A DNA stretch of 64,000 nt, taken from NCBI GenBank assembly GCA_951406725.2, contig OX597833.1, positions 46,624,001 to 46,688,000 on the forward strand, written 5' to 3'. Made by a program: the position numbers and the translations under genes. Numbering within the stretch: the first letter of the stretch is position 1; each line of letters opens with the position of its first letter. Source of the DNA: Octopus vulgaris. Lineage: Eukaryota. Below the pieces are notes generated by a model. The model was not told where the DNA came from. It did no database searches and worked only from the letters and a program-made list of their open reading frames with translations. Shown here piece by piece: positions 39,938 through 54,751 of the stretch.

Positions 39938-41659
39938 TTATTACTACTACTACTAACCTTTTTACTATTTATGAGAAAAGCCTTGTAAAATTATTTTTAA
40001 CGATCCCATTAATTAGAAGCTTCAAGGTAGTGAGCAGGCAGAGTTGTTAGCATGGAAAAAATACTTATAAACATCTCTTTCAGCACTTTAGAATCTAAGT
40101 TCAATTCCCGTTGAAGTCAACTTTGTCTTGTATTCCTCCACGGTTGATAAAATAAAGTACAAATAAAATACTGGGGCCAATGGTATTGACTTTCCCCACT
40201 TCCCACCAAACTGCTGGCCTTGTGCCAAAACCTGAAACAATTATTTAGAAGCTTACATCAATCCCATAAACTGAACTAATTCCCTCACAAACCCAAATTT
40301 CTAGTCTGGAACCATTGCCAAGTTTCTTTTAATTATCAAAACTGACATTTTAGAATGTCTTTTAATGTCTTGTAGAAGTCAACAGCATTTCTTTGTTCTT
40401 GGCTACTTTCACCCTATCCAGTTTGTCTCTTTTAGCAGTTACAGACATGCATGTTTTTTTTTATGATATTACATCTTATTCTGGCATTATCATTATTGTT
40501 ATTACCAAAAACCTTTTATTTAGCCTTCTCCCCTATAAAATTAAAAACCTCAATTTGAGGAATTTTTTCACTAAATTGTTTGTGTCTGATATTAAAAAAA
40601 TCTCTCCCTACCACTTTTTTTTCCTATTTTTTTCTCTCTCTCTCTCTCTTTTTTTTTTTGGCCATGTGTTAATTTTTCTGTTGACCTTTGAAGAATGGAA
40701 ATGTCAAACTCCATCAGACATGAAATAGCTTTTAAACAATGTAACTTCCCACCATTATCAACACCACCACCATCATCATCATCATAACGAACCGACCGAC
40801 CGACTCTTAAGAGCCAAACTAATCCACACGAACTTAAACCATTGTCAAAATGTAGAAATAGACGCATTATATAATAAATTGTTCTGTATCATATAATTTT
40901 ACCATAATTTTGCCTTTTTTTTTTTTTTTTTTAAATTTTTAGAATGTTAACAAAAATATTCACACAGCTCACTACTGACTCTGCTAATGACCACTCTTCA
41001 AGTTTATTATGGGAACAAATTAAAAATCAATTATAGATGTCTGGAATTCCATCAGCATTAACATCACCATCATCATCATCCTTCACCACTGCAATTATCA
41101 CCAACAATCATTTCAAATAATTTCTTTTCGGTTTTTTTCTTTTTTAATTTTAAATGCTAAAATGGGTTGTGAATAGAATTTCAGTTGATGAATCAACAAT
41201 AGAATTTCAAAACAAAAATATAAATTTAGATATGAATAAATTTGTCAATAAACAATGTTGAGTTCCTACAAATTTTTGGGGTTTTATTTTTGTTTATTTA
41301 TATATTTATTTTTTCACTTGACTTAATCAAAAGAACTACAGAGATCATAACCTTTTTTTTCAATACCTCCAAGATTGGTAAAAGAGAAGGGAGGATTTTA
41401 TCAACAAATTAAAGACCTAACCAAATGCTTGCAATTGTGTGGAGTCCACTAAATGCATTCAAAAGCAAAAGGCATTGCTAGATGCAGGCATGGCTGTGTG
41501 GTTAAGAAATTAACCTCTCAGCCATGTGGTTTCAGGTTCAGTCCAACTGCAAGACAACTTGTGCATCTTCTACTATTGCCCCGGGTCAATCAATGACTTA
41601 TCAGTAAATTTGTCAGATGGAAACTGTGTGGAAACCCATCATATATGCATGTGTGTCTT

Positions 41660-42083
41660 TGTGGCAATCCTCCAAAATGACAGCTTCCACTTTATGGATG
41701 GTGTCGTCATCAATGGTGGAATGTGGTTGTCCAGGAATAGGAGCAGTTTCTACCAATGTCTGACGACATTTGAATTGGCGATGCCAGTGCTTGACTACAT
41801 CATATGATGGTGCATCGTCACCATAAACTTCTTTCATCTCATCGAAAGTCTCTTTTGGTGTCCAGCCTTTCAAGCATAAGCACCTGACCACTGATCTACA
41901 TTGTGCTGCCTCCATTGTAACACCTTAGTCAACTTCAGCAGTCGTAAAAGACAAATGAATACTAGTGGAAAGTTGCAAACTACAATATGACATGAAGAGA
42001 GATGTATGATTATACTTGTACAAGTTCCATTTTCTTCAATAACCAGAAGTGGGTCAGAGGAAATCTTTAATGAACACACCTTG
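41660..42083 (-). mobile_element. mariner transposon 5' fragment (HTH region)
   Basis: RSVVRCLCLKGWTPKETFDEMKEVYGDDAPSYDVVKHWHRQFK...PGQP; TIR-like end ta|caaggtgtgttc. Confidence 0.8.
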
Positions 42084-42850
42084 TATCAAGAGAAAATCAA
42101 CCTGGTTGAGCTCTGCACTCATCAGCTACCAAAACACTTAGCAATTACATAGTGCTCCTGCTGTTTACAAATGGAGTAGCTGTAGCCCGATTGTTTTCCT
42201 TTTAATTTAAGAGAGAGGCTAGAGATATATCTTAGTCTTCTGAAAGTATCTTTTATCTTTGGTCTTTTATTTGTTTTAGTCATTAGACTGCGGCCATGCT
42301 GGGACACCTCCTTGAGAAATTTTTAGTCAAATGATTCGACCTCAGCATTTTTTTTTTTTAAAGCCTGGTACTTAATCTACCAGTCTCTTTTACTAAGCTG
42401 GTAAGTTATGGGGATATAAGCACACTGATACTAGTTGTTAAGTAGTGGTGGGGGACAAACACACACATAAATATATATATATATATGACAGGCTTCTTTC
42501 AGTCTCTCAAATCCACTCACAAGGCTTTGGTCAGACCAAGGCTATAGTAGAAATCACTTTCTAAGATGCCATGCAGTGGGACTGAACCTGGAACTATGTG
42601 GTTGGGAAGCAAGCTTCTTACCACACAGCCATGCCTACACATCTATTTACAATGAAAATTAATCTTTTTTGTAATAAGGAACCATTTAGGTCCAGGTTTA
42701 AAACTTTCTTTCCATAGACCAAACTCAGTTTCAGGAACAAGATTCAAACCATCACTTCCTTCACTAAATAGTCCAACTACATAATGAACTTGTCCACAGT
42801 AAATTCAAATGAAATGAACAAATAACAGATATAAAATAAGATAGAGATCA

Positions 42851-43075
<225 letters not shown>

Positions 43076-46000
43076 TTAATAGAATAAAGAACTAGTCGAG
43101 TTACTGGGGCTTGATATAATTGACTATCTTCTGCATCTCAAAATTGCTGGCCTTGTGCCAAAATCAGAAAGAATTATTATTACATACTGTCTGTCTGCTG
43201 CATGTGCATGCGTGCGTGACCTTTTGCTTGATTCAGACATTAGGCTGCAGCCAACGTGGTGCAATGCTTTGGAGAGTTTTAGTCACAAAAATCGACTCCA
43301 GAGCTTTTTTGGGTTTTTTTTTTTTTTTTTGATGCCTGGTATTTATTTTATTAGTCTCTTTTGCCAATCTGCTAAGTTACGAAGACATAATCCCACCAGC
43401 ATTGGTTGTCAAGCAGTAGCGAGACACACACACACACACACATATAAATATACAAAATATGAGGGTTTAGTTCACAGGTGATCTAAATGACCAGGTACAC
43501 TGGCTAAGTGCTGTACCAGATTACCAAGGTTCCAAGGTTATAACTCCAAGACAGGAGTTATGGAACCATTGTAGATTTCCAATATAGCAAATATATAATT
43601 GTTAAAGAGGACAACAAATGTTAAGGCAAGACAAACATCTCAAGTCATATATGTTATTATTACTGGAAAAATTCAAAGTCTTACATCTGATTCAGAAATA
43701 TATAAATATATATATATCGAAATCGAAATTAAATTCGATGACTGGCATCTGTGCTAGTGGAGCACTAAGAGCACCATCCGAGCGTGATTGTTGTCAGAGC
43801 AGCTAACTGGCGTTCATGCCGGTGGCACGTAAAACGCACCACTTGAGCATGATCATTACCAGCATCTCCTTACTGTCTTGCTGTCAGTTGTCAACCGTCA
43901 CGAAAGATTCTCTGACCAAATCACCGTCGATTATTGGAGCCGATGTAGTCTGGATTCAAAGTGAGGTTCTAGAGGCATGCTTTAACAAAAACTAAGTGGT
44001 ACCTCACTCGCAGTGGTCTTCCAGCACACCAGACACCAACCTGGAATTTCTATTGCTAAATAGTTATTGAATCCACACAAGGTAACATTTTTTTCCCATA
44101 GACAGACATGTTCTCACAGAATATTGAAAACAAATTACACTCTTTGTATGACAGTGAAAATCATTTACAACTATCAGGCAATGCCAAGAAGAGGAGACCA
44201 AACACACCCAAGCACATATGTGTGCATGTGCGTATGTGTGTACAGCAGGTTTCTTTCAGTTTCCATCTACTAAATCCACTCACAAAGCTTTGGTTGGCCT
44301 AAAGCTATAGTAGAAAAATACTTGCCCAAGGTGCCACACAATGAGACGGAACCAGAAACCATGGGATTGAGAAGTAAACTTTTTACCACACAGCCAAGCC
44401 TGCACCTATCCATCCACATCCAAAGTCTTTTTACCTAGCAGGAACACTGAATATTTCATTAGTCTTTCATTAAACTGCAAGGCTAATTTCAAAAATCTTT
44501 CAATGCATTTATTTGTCAGAGGGATGAATTGAAAGTGAGTTGTGTTCCTATCTGACATACATTTATTGGCTTTGGTTTGATCAAAAGAAATCAATAGAGA
44601 GAGAGTATTAGATGCTTGCTTGATCAAACAACAGAGGAAGGGAACTGTTTTTGGTTTTCAGTAAGACATATTTCATTAATTGCTTTGCTACACCATATTA
44701 CAATAAAAATTTTGAATAGATGTGAGAAAATTGCTGAAGTTGTATTCAGACTACTAAATCGTTTAACGATTTTTTTTTTTTGTTGCTGTTGTTGTTGTTG
44801 TTGTTATTAAGCCACTAATCAATTGAATTCGGAGAGGATATTAATTTGTTAAAAACTGACAACAACAAAAAAAGCAATAATAATAATGATAATAATAAAC
44901 AAAATGAAATGAAATTATAAAAGAATAAAAGCAGACACTATATTTTATAAAAATCAATAATAACTGAATTTAAATTTTTCAGTAATCTTTATATTTATTT
45001 ATTTATTTATTTATTTATTTTGCTTCCTAAATTTCATAAACAAGACTTCATAATATACTCTTAATATTTCAATTTCAACAACACTCTATCAGACACAAAC
45101 AAACAAAATATATCAAGTGATTAATGAAAATCTGTAAAGCATTAAGTCGTGGTATGGGGTGGGGTGGAGGGGGAGATGGGGCTAATCGCAGTTGGCATGG
45201 ACGAAGCAGACAGCACTTATTTATTTATTTATTTTATATATTTATTTATTTTAATTCAATGACTTGCATATATTTTCTACAAATGACATAGAGGGTGGGG
45301 GTGGTTTCTGAATTTTGTCGGGGCAAATGTGTCTTTTGATGTAACTGAAAAACATTCTTCCTCCAACTACCACTTCTAATAATAATGATAATAATCCTTT
45401 CTACTAAAGGCACAAGGCCTGAAATTTGGGCGGGTTAGATGGTTATATCGACCCCAGCGTATAACTAGTACTTATTTCATCGACCCTGAAAGTATGAAAA
45501 GCAAAGCCAACCTCACTGGAATTTGAACTCAGAACAAAAGGACTGACAAAATGCTGCTAAGCATTTTGCCCAGGGTGCTAATGATTCAGCCAGCTCGCTC
45601 CCTTATATCATCATCATCATCATTTAATGTCCGCTTTCCATGCTAGCATGGGTTGGACAATTTGACTGGGGTCTGGCGAACCAGATGGCTGCACCAGGTT
45701 CCATTCTGATCTGGCAGAGTTTCTACAGCTGGATGCCCTTCCTAATGCAAACCACTTTGAGAGTGTAGTGGGTGCTTTTACGTGCCACCAACACGAGGGC
45801 AGTCAGGCAGTACTGGCAACAGCTGCACTCAAATGGTGGTTTTTACATGCCACCTGCACAGGAGCCAGTCCAGTGGCACTGGCAATGACCTCGCTCGAAT
45901 GTTTTTTCACGTGCCACCAGCAAAAATGGTAGTAAGGCGACCCTGGAAACAATCATGCTCAAATGGTGCTTTTTACGTGCCACTGGCACGGAAGCCAGGT

Positions 46001-47291
46001 AGCTGCTCTGGCAACAATCATGCTTGGATGGTACTCTTAGCACTCCACTAGCATGGATGCCAGTCATTGAATTTGATTTCGATTTCACTTGCCTCGACAA
46101 GTCTTCGCAACCAGAGTTTAGTGTTCAATGAAGGAAAGGTACGCATAAGTGGGCTGGTTACAACCCTGGCATAGGCCACGAGGTTATGGTTTCACTTAGC
46201 TTGCCGGGTCTTCTCAAGCACAGCATATTTCCAAAAGTCTCGGTCACTAGTCATTGTCTTATAATAATATAATAATGATTTCAAATTTTGGCACAAGGCC
46301 AACAATTTTGGGGAAGAGGAAAGCTGAGTTCACGGACCCCAGTGCTCAACTGGTATTTATTTTATAGACTCCAAAAGGATGAAAGACAAAGTTAATGCCA
46401 GGGGAATTTGAACTCAGAATGTAAAACAACTTGTGCCAAAATTTGAAGCCAATATTTAAAATTGATCATGCATTAACATGTAACTTCAAGGTTTTCATAG
46501 TGTTATAGCTTATATTTAGAATTACTTTGTAGTAAAGATGTGAGAGACGAGATCTGGTCAGTCTGAACATAAAACAGATAGAATAGTTGAGCCAAATATG
46601 GTCAGTTTAAATACGAGAGGGTTAAGGATTTTATTCCCCCAGACTTAGTACATCTAAGACCACATGATCTGAAGTGACCGTTTTTTTCATAAAACAGCAG
46701 AGGGTAATTTTGCTGCTACTTCTAGCAAGCTGAGCAATCATATAGCAGTTACCTCAATGGTTTTGGTGGTTTTTGACATCATAAGTAGGTGGTGGGGGAG
46801 GGTTTCATCTGCAGGAAACTTTAAAACTTTATTAATAGGTGTCAACAGAACTGTGACATAAGAAGTTCACTTGGTAACCACATGGTTTCAAATTCAGCCC
46901 CACTGAATGGTACTTTCGGCAAGAGCCTTCTGCTTTAGCCCTGGCTTGACCAAAGCCTTGTGAGGGGATTTAGCAGACAGAAACTGAAAGAAGCTTTCAC
47001 ACACACACACACACACACATATATATCATCATCATCATCATCGTTTAATGTCCGTTTTCAATGTTAGAATGGGTTGGCTGGTTTGACGAGGGTTTGGGAA
47101 GCCAGGAGGCTGCACCAGGCTCCAGTCTGATCTTGCAGTATTTCTAGAGCTAGATGCCCTTCCTAACGCCAACCATTGTGAGTGTAGTGGGTGCTTTTTA
47201 CGTGCCACTGGCACAGGTGCCAGGGTAGGCTGGCAATGGCCACGATCGGTTGGTGCTTTTTACATGCCACCTGCACATATATACATATATA

Positions 47292-47341
<50 letters not shown>

Positions 47342-49468
47342 CATATGCATGGATATTTGTGTTACTGTCTCCCTGCCTTGACATTGCATGAGAGTTGTAA
47401 ATGAGTGTCACTGTCAGACAAGTGGTGTCCTTTGTTTCCAATCTTCCATGAAAATGTCTTGTCCAGAAGAAATATCATCTTACTTGGATACAGTCAAAAG
47501 TAGGCAACAGGAAGGGCATCCCGCTGTAGAAAATTCACCTCAACAAATTCCATCCAACCCAGGCAAGCATGAAAAAAAGTGTACATTAAAATGATGATGG
47601 TTCCTCAAAGTCAGGAGAAGACTGCAAACTCATAATAACAAAGAAAATACCTAAAATTGCCACTACTCTCTTTTTACTCTTTTACTTGTTTCAGTCATTT
47701 GACTGTGGCCATGCTGGAGCACCACCTTTAGTTGAGCAAATCAACCCCAGGACTTATTCTTTGTAAGCCTAGTACTTATTCTAATAGTATCTCTTGCTGA
47801 ACTGCTAAGTTACGGCGATGTAAACACGCCAGCATCAGTTGTCAAGTGATGTTGGGGTGGGGACAAATACAGATACACAAACATATACACACTCACACAT
47901 ACACACGCATATATACATATATATGACAGGCTTCTTTCAGTTTCCGTCTACCAAATCCACTCACAAGGCTTTGGTCGGCCCGAGGCTATAGAAGAAGACA
48001 CTTGCCCAAGGTGCCACACAGTGGGACTGAACCCAGAACCATGTGGTTTGTAAGCAAGCTACTTACCACACAGCCAATCCTATTCCTAGCTGAATAAACA
48101 GTTAATTTTCAAAGGAGGTCCTTTGATGGTCAGAGTTGACCTAGGGCTAAAACCACATCAACAAAATACAAATCCACACACAACTTACACATAGACACAC
48201 CCGATGCACAAGCGAGCATGACAACAAGATTATGTTTTTTGGACAATTTAACCAACTTCATCTTTAGAGACGAAAAAAAATCTCTTTAAATATAAAAAAA
48301 AAATTATTTATTTTTTTAAAAAAAAAAGCAAAAACAAGAATTTTTTTCTACAAAAACTAAAAAACTAATGTTTTGATCAAAGATAACCAATCACAACATA
48401 ACGTTAAATAAAGATATTATGAAAAATCTTTCATCTCTAAATCTGTAGTTAATAGTCCGTAAAACTTATAATCTTATTAACAACAAGTCATCTCAGACAT
48501 TTAATTAGCCACTGTTGTTGTTGTTGTGCCTTAGCCACAGGAAGTAGTGCTAATAATAATAATAATAATTCTTTCTACAACAAGTACAACATGTGTAATT
48601 TCTGGAGAAAGGACAGGTCGATTATATCAATACCAGTGCTCAACTAATGCTTTTTTTATTGATTCTGTAAGGGTGAAAGGCAAAGTCTACTTCAGAGGGA
48701 CTTGAACTCAGAGCGTAAAAGAGCTGGAAGAATGTCACTCTTTACTCTTTTTACTCTTCAGTCATGTGACTGTGGCCATGCTGGAGCACCGCCTTTAGTC
48801 AAGCAAATCGACCCCAGGACTTATTTTTTGTAAGCCCAGTACTTATTCTATCCGTCTCTTTTGGCGAACCGCTAAGTTACAGGGACCTAAACACACCAGC
48901 ATCGGCTGTCAAGCAATGTTGGGGGGACAAATACAGACACGCAAACATATAAACACACACACACATATATATATATACATATATACGACGGGCTTCTTTC
49001 AGTTTCCGTCTACCAAATCCACTCACAAGGCTTTGGTCGGCCTGAGGCTAAAGTAGAAGACACTTGCCCAAGGTGCCACGCAGTGGGACTGAACCCGGAG
49101 CCATGTGTCTCGTAAGCAAGCTACTTACCGCACAGCCACTCCTACGCCTATTTCATGAAGCATTTTGTCTGGCATCATTTATCTTTTATGTTTTATTCAT
49201 TTCAGTAATATGATTGCAGTCATGCTGGGGCATTACCTTGAAGAATTTTAGCCAAACAAATCAACCCCAGTACTTAATTTCACTTTTAAGCCTGCTACTT
49301 ATTCTGGGATTGAACCCAGAGCCATTTAGTTAGAAGGTAAGCTTCTTGCCACAGAGTGACTCTTGTTAATGCTAACAATTCTACCAGCTACTGCCATAGT
49401 CCTCTCTATTATAGGCATAAGGGCTGAAGTTTTTGCTGAGAAGATAAATCACTAACATAACCCCAGTA

Positions 49469-49488
49469 TAATAATAATAATAATAATG

Positions 49489-49543
<55 letters not shown>

Positions 49544-49559
49544 TAATAATAATAATAAT
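49469..49559. repeat. (AAT)n microsatellite
   Basis: Direct reading. Confidence 0.95.
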
Positions 49560-50690
49560 TTTGTTTTGGGATTTGGTTTGCAAGATTCTTTATATGAGTT
49601 CATGTGTTGAAGCATATTCTGTTGTGTCTGGGGAGAGTCATTTTCTTTCTGTGCCTTATAATTTAACACACTCACCTGGGAATGGAAAATCGAATTGAAG
49701 GCTGGGTATTGTGGAGGTTGTTGCACTTTAATGATCATAGAACATATTAAGTTTGCAAGCGATGCAAAGTAAAGCTACTGAAGTGTTTTGGGAATAGATT
49801 ATGGATAATGACTACAAAATATAGTTGTTTTACATGAAAGCAAAATTTCTTGTCAGATCAGAAACAGCCACATAAATGGTGTAATGAAATTGAAGGAAGA
49901 TATTGAAACTTCCTCTCTGCAAGTTTATTTTTTTCCACAGCAAAGGGAGCTATTTTTTCGGCGAGATAAGCTAACAAAAGCCCCTTTATTCTGTCTTCCC
50001 ACATAGCCTGCGCATAAACTAACAACAAATGCTGCATAAAGTTAAATTGGTATGGAGCTTTCTGAAAGATATGTACAGCTTTTGCAAGTAGGAGCAAAAA
50101 CTCTTATTTGAAGGTTGATTCTTTAGAACAAATCGTATGTGATTGTTTAAAAAAGGTAAGTGAAACAACGGACAACAGTTGAAATATCATAATGGATGGG
50201 TAAATAAGCATCCTTAAAGTGAAACAATGCATTGGTAGGTAAACAAAGGTATCAACAAATAGAAGAGAAAGAAGAAAACATCACCTTTCAAGTAACTCAG
50301 AATAGGTAAAGGTAAGCTTACCAAAATTTAATGCAGTTTAAATATGGAAATTAAGATTGTTCAGTATTGGATATTCATCACATACAGTGGTCCTACTCAG
50401 TTTAATCACCATAGCAGGTGGACAGCCAAAATTAAATAAATAAATAAAATCTACCAAATCTACTCTCAAGGCTTTGGTCAGCCCAAGGCTATAGTAGAAG
50501 ACACTTGCTCAAGGTGCCACACAGTGGGACTGAACCCGGAACCATGTGGTTGGGAAGCAAGCTTCTTACCACACACTGATGTCTACACCTATTCACTTAT
50601 ATATCTCTAACAACTTTAGTTGCTAAACAATGAGTTGTATGGTGACTGTAAGCTTACTGAAATCTATTTTTGATTTCAATATGGGACAAA

Positions 50691-51229
50691 GTACATTATT
50701 TACATTTGACGGATATTTGCCCTCATCTTGTTTGTTGTTTCAGCTGATATACCCTGCAGCCTTCATCAGGTGTCTTGGGGAAATTTCGAACCTGGGTTCT
50801 CAATCCTAAAGTATTTTTTGATATTATTATTATTATTCAGGTCACTGCCTGGAATTGAACTCGGAATCTTGGGGTTAATAGTCTGTGCTCTTAACCCCTA
50901 GATTCTGAGTTCGATTCCAGGCAGTGACCTGAATAAAAATAAATAATAATAATAATAATGACATCGAAAAATACCTTAGGAATGAGAACCCAGATTCTAA
51001 AATACCTTAGGAATGAGATCTCAGATTCTAAATTACCTTCAGAATGAGAACCCAGATTCTAAAATACCTTAGGAATGAGAACCCAGATTCTAAAATACCT
51101 TAGGAATGAGAACCCAGGTTCGAAATTTCCCCAGGACACCTGATGAAGGCTAGAGGGTACATCAGCCGAAATGCTGTGTTAACAACAAACAAGATGAGGA
51201 CAAATATCCGTCAAATGTAAATAATGTAC
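50691..51229. mobile_element. inverted pair of a tRNA-headed, hammerhead-bearing repeat (palindrome) with internal 31-bp x5 tandem array
   Basis: Arms run from gtacattattt... to ...aaataatgtac; loop 50879-50890; B-box-like gagttcgattcc at 50908-50919; array about 50968-51120. Confidence 0.85.
51135..51180 (+). ncRNA. minimal type-I hammerhead ribozyme-like motif (canonical CUGAUGA core)
   Basis: GACAC-CTGATGA-A-GGCT-agagggtacatc-AGCC-GAAA-TGCT-GTGTT; helix III is mutated in this copy; mirror copy on the minus strand at 50738-50774. Confidence 0.65.
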
Positions 51230-51650
51230 ATAATTCCTTATCTCTTAAATATAGAACTGTATTATGGGATGTCTTTAACTTACAATGTTATTAAACTCAT
51301 TTTATTGTATATTGTCCACCTTTGGACATCCACACTAGCTGCATACCTGCTCAAAGCTTACAAACTTCCTACACTTCGCTCCTTACCTATCTTATTACTA
51401 TCTGTATATGTCAATGATTTTTATAAAAACATAACCGAAAAATTTAACAAAATTGGAAAATTTGACAAAGATTAACAAATGGGAAATTTGACAAAAACAC
51501 ACACACACATCATCATCATCATCTTCGTTTAGCGTCCGCTTTCCATGCTAGCATGGGTTGGACGGTTCAACTGGGGTCTGGGAAGCCAGAAGGCTGCACC
51601 AGGCCCAGTCTGATCTGGCAATGTTTCTACGGCTGGATGCCCTTCCTAAC

Positions 51651-51690
<40 letters not shown>

Positions 51691-52617
51691 TTAAATAGAG
51701 AAGTACAATTGACAGTCTAACAATTTATTACATTATAATGTCATCATCATCATCGTTTAACGTCCGCTTTCCATGCTAGCATGGGTTGGACGATTTTGAC
51801 TGAGGGCTGGCGAACCAGATGGCTGCACCCAGCTCCAATCTGATCTGGCAGAGTTTCTACAGCTGGATGCCCTTCCTAACGCCAACCACTCCGAGAGTTT
51901 AGTGGGTGCTTTTTATGTGCCACCGATATGGGGGCCAGTCAGGCGGTACTGGCAACGGCCATGCTCAAATTTTCTTACACATGCCACCGGCACAGGTGCC
52001 AGTAAGGCAACGCTGGTAATGATCACGCTCGAATGGTGCCTACGATCACGCTCAATATATTATAAAATATAACAACCAATTTTTTAAAGCAAAAACAAAG
52101 CCAACAATTTTCAGGAACACAATGTTTCAATAATGTAGGGGATGTCTATACTGTTTCTATTCTTTTGTTATTTTTTTGTCTCCCCCAGACAGTGGACTAC
52201 TTTATCCAATGTCCTATTTCAAAGAGAATGGGATGTAATCTGAGGATTGCTATTTTTTGCATATCAGATCATCAGCCACAATAGTTTGGTTCTTTAGCCA
52301 AAGTTGTTGACAAATAAAAATGAAAATAGCTTGGAATATTTCATTTTTGCATTTGATTTACAAAATTCATGATGTGAACTTATGTGTTGAAACAGATTTT
52401 GTGGTATCTTGGGAGGGCCATTATGCTAATAATAAACACACACACAGTTTCTATTTCATTTTTTTTTATTAGCTAATAAATTGGTTAAATGCTAATGAAT
52501 TGATTAATAATAATAAAAGAAGTGAAATACAACCAGTGCGTGTTTATTATTGGCTTTATGAACCTCCCAAAATATAACAAAAGGAAAATACCATATGAAA
52601 TCAATAAACTGGCTTAC

Positions 52618-52781
<164 letters not shown>

Positions 52782-53174
52782 TCAAGAATAAATTATACAA
52801 GAAGTTTTTTTTTTTTTTTTGGTAAATATTTTTTATTAGAGTTCATAACAGTCAGTAAATACACAGAGTTTAATTCCTGAAATAGAATCAGCAACATCAA
52901 GCGTACCTTTAGAGCAATGACCCCTAAACAATTTTTCTACAGACCAGAGGATCAGGCGCATAACAAAACACAATAAAGTACCTAATAGATTCTTCAATTA
53001 TTACATATATATAGGCGCAGGAGAGACTGTGTGGTAAGTAGCTTGCTTACCAACCACATGGTAACAGGTTTAGTCCCACTGTGTGGCACCTTCGGCAAGT
53101 GTCTTCTACTATAACCTCGAGTCGACCAAAGCCTTGTGAGTGGATTTGGTAGACAGAAACTGAAAGAAGCCCAT

Positions 53175-53207
<33 letters not shown>

Positions 53208-53216
<9 letters not shown>

Positions 53217-53359
53217 GAAATGAGGTACTCAGAAAATCAGAAGGTTTATATTTACAGATATTTATTTGTATATTACATTTTTTATACAACATATAACTTA
53301 GATCATGTATTAGCGCTTTCTCCCATCCGATTTTCTGAGTACCTCATTTCTTCTAATAT
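53208..53359. repeat. short element with 31-bp terminal inverted repeats inside a SINE TA tract
   Basis: atattagaagaaatgaggtactcagaaaatc and its exact complement at 53329-53359. Confidence 0.78.
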
Positions 53360-53511
53360 AAAATACCTTCTAATATATATATATGTATATTATACAAATT
53401 AGAGACAAAACCACTATTATAATATAATATTTTACTATAAATTGGATTCATTCCTAAATCTGATTTTTCCCTGTAAGTTTGGATTTATTCCCTAATATTT
53501 ATTATTAATTA

Positions 53512-53514
<3 letters not shown>

Positions 53515-53544
<30 letters not shown>

Positions 53545-53568
53545 TGTATGTATGTATGTATGTATGTA

Positions 53569-53651
<83 letters not shown>

Positions 53652-53695
53652 ATGTATGTATGTATGCATGCATGCATGCATGCATGCATGCATGT
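53515..53695. repeat. compound (TATG)n(TG)n(CATG)n microsatellite
   Basis: Direct reading. Confidence 0.95.
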
Positions 53696-54751
53696 ATATT
53701 TTTGTGCGTCTGTGTTTGTTCCCCCAACATCGCTTGACAACCGATGCTGGTGTGTTTATGTCCCCGTAATTTAGCTGTTCGGCATGAGAGGCCGATAGAA
53801 TAAGTACTAGGCTTACAAAGAATAAGTCCTGGGGTCGATTTGCTTGGCTAAAGGTGGGGCTCCAGCATGGCCACAGTCAATAAAAGAAAAGAAAAGAGAA
53901 AGTATATTGGATTGCCTCAGCATGTTGTCTCCACCAGAAAATGGCATGCGATCATACTGGTTTGATGAGCATACTCTGCCACACTAGTTCAACAGAGGGT
54001 TGCAGTTTTTATACTCATACCCAGGACTAGTTGAGACAATTACAACCCCCCCCCCCCCACGTACTCAGCTGATCCTTCCCTTATTGACCCTCGAAAGGAT
54101 GAAAAGCAAAGCCGACCTAGGCAGAATTTGAACTCAGAACATAAAGATGGACAAAATGTTGCTAAGCAGGCGTGGCTTATAGACACAGGTGTGGCTGTGT
54201 GGTAAGAAGCTTGCTTCCTAACCACATGCTCCTAACCACATGCTTCCGGGTTCAGTCCCACTGCATGGCACCTTGAGCAAGTGTTTTCTACAATAGCCTC
54301 AGGCCAACAAAAGCCTTGTGAGTGGATTTGGTTGATGGAAACTGAAAGAAGCCCGTCATGTATATATACACATATATTCATGTGTGTGTGCCTTTATGTC
54401 TATGTTTGTCCACCCCACCACCACCATCGCCTGATAACTGATGTTGGTTTGTTGATGTTCCTGAAACTTAGTGGTTCAGCATAAGAGACCAATGGAATCA
54501 GTACTAGGCTTACAAAGAATAAGTCCTGGTGTTGATTTGTTCAACTAAAGGTGCTGCTCCAGCATGGCCACAGTCAAATGACTGAAATTTATTCTTTCTG
54601 TGTGGCCTGGTGTCAAACAGCCCATGGTTCAGTACTGATCTGTGGTCCTGTGATTGAAGGTGCCTGTTTTAGCATGTTAACTTCTTTGATTTGCATTTAT
54701 TTGTTGTTGTTGTTGTTGTTGTTGTTAAGCAACAAGACGGGTAAGGGTGAT

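Noticed and set aside
50968-51120. 31-bp repeats as a CRISPR array
   Set aside because: Units are contiguous with no unique spacers, there are no cas genes, and the context is a eukaryotic intron.
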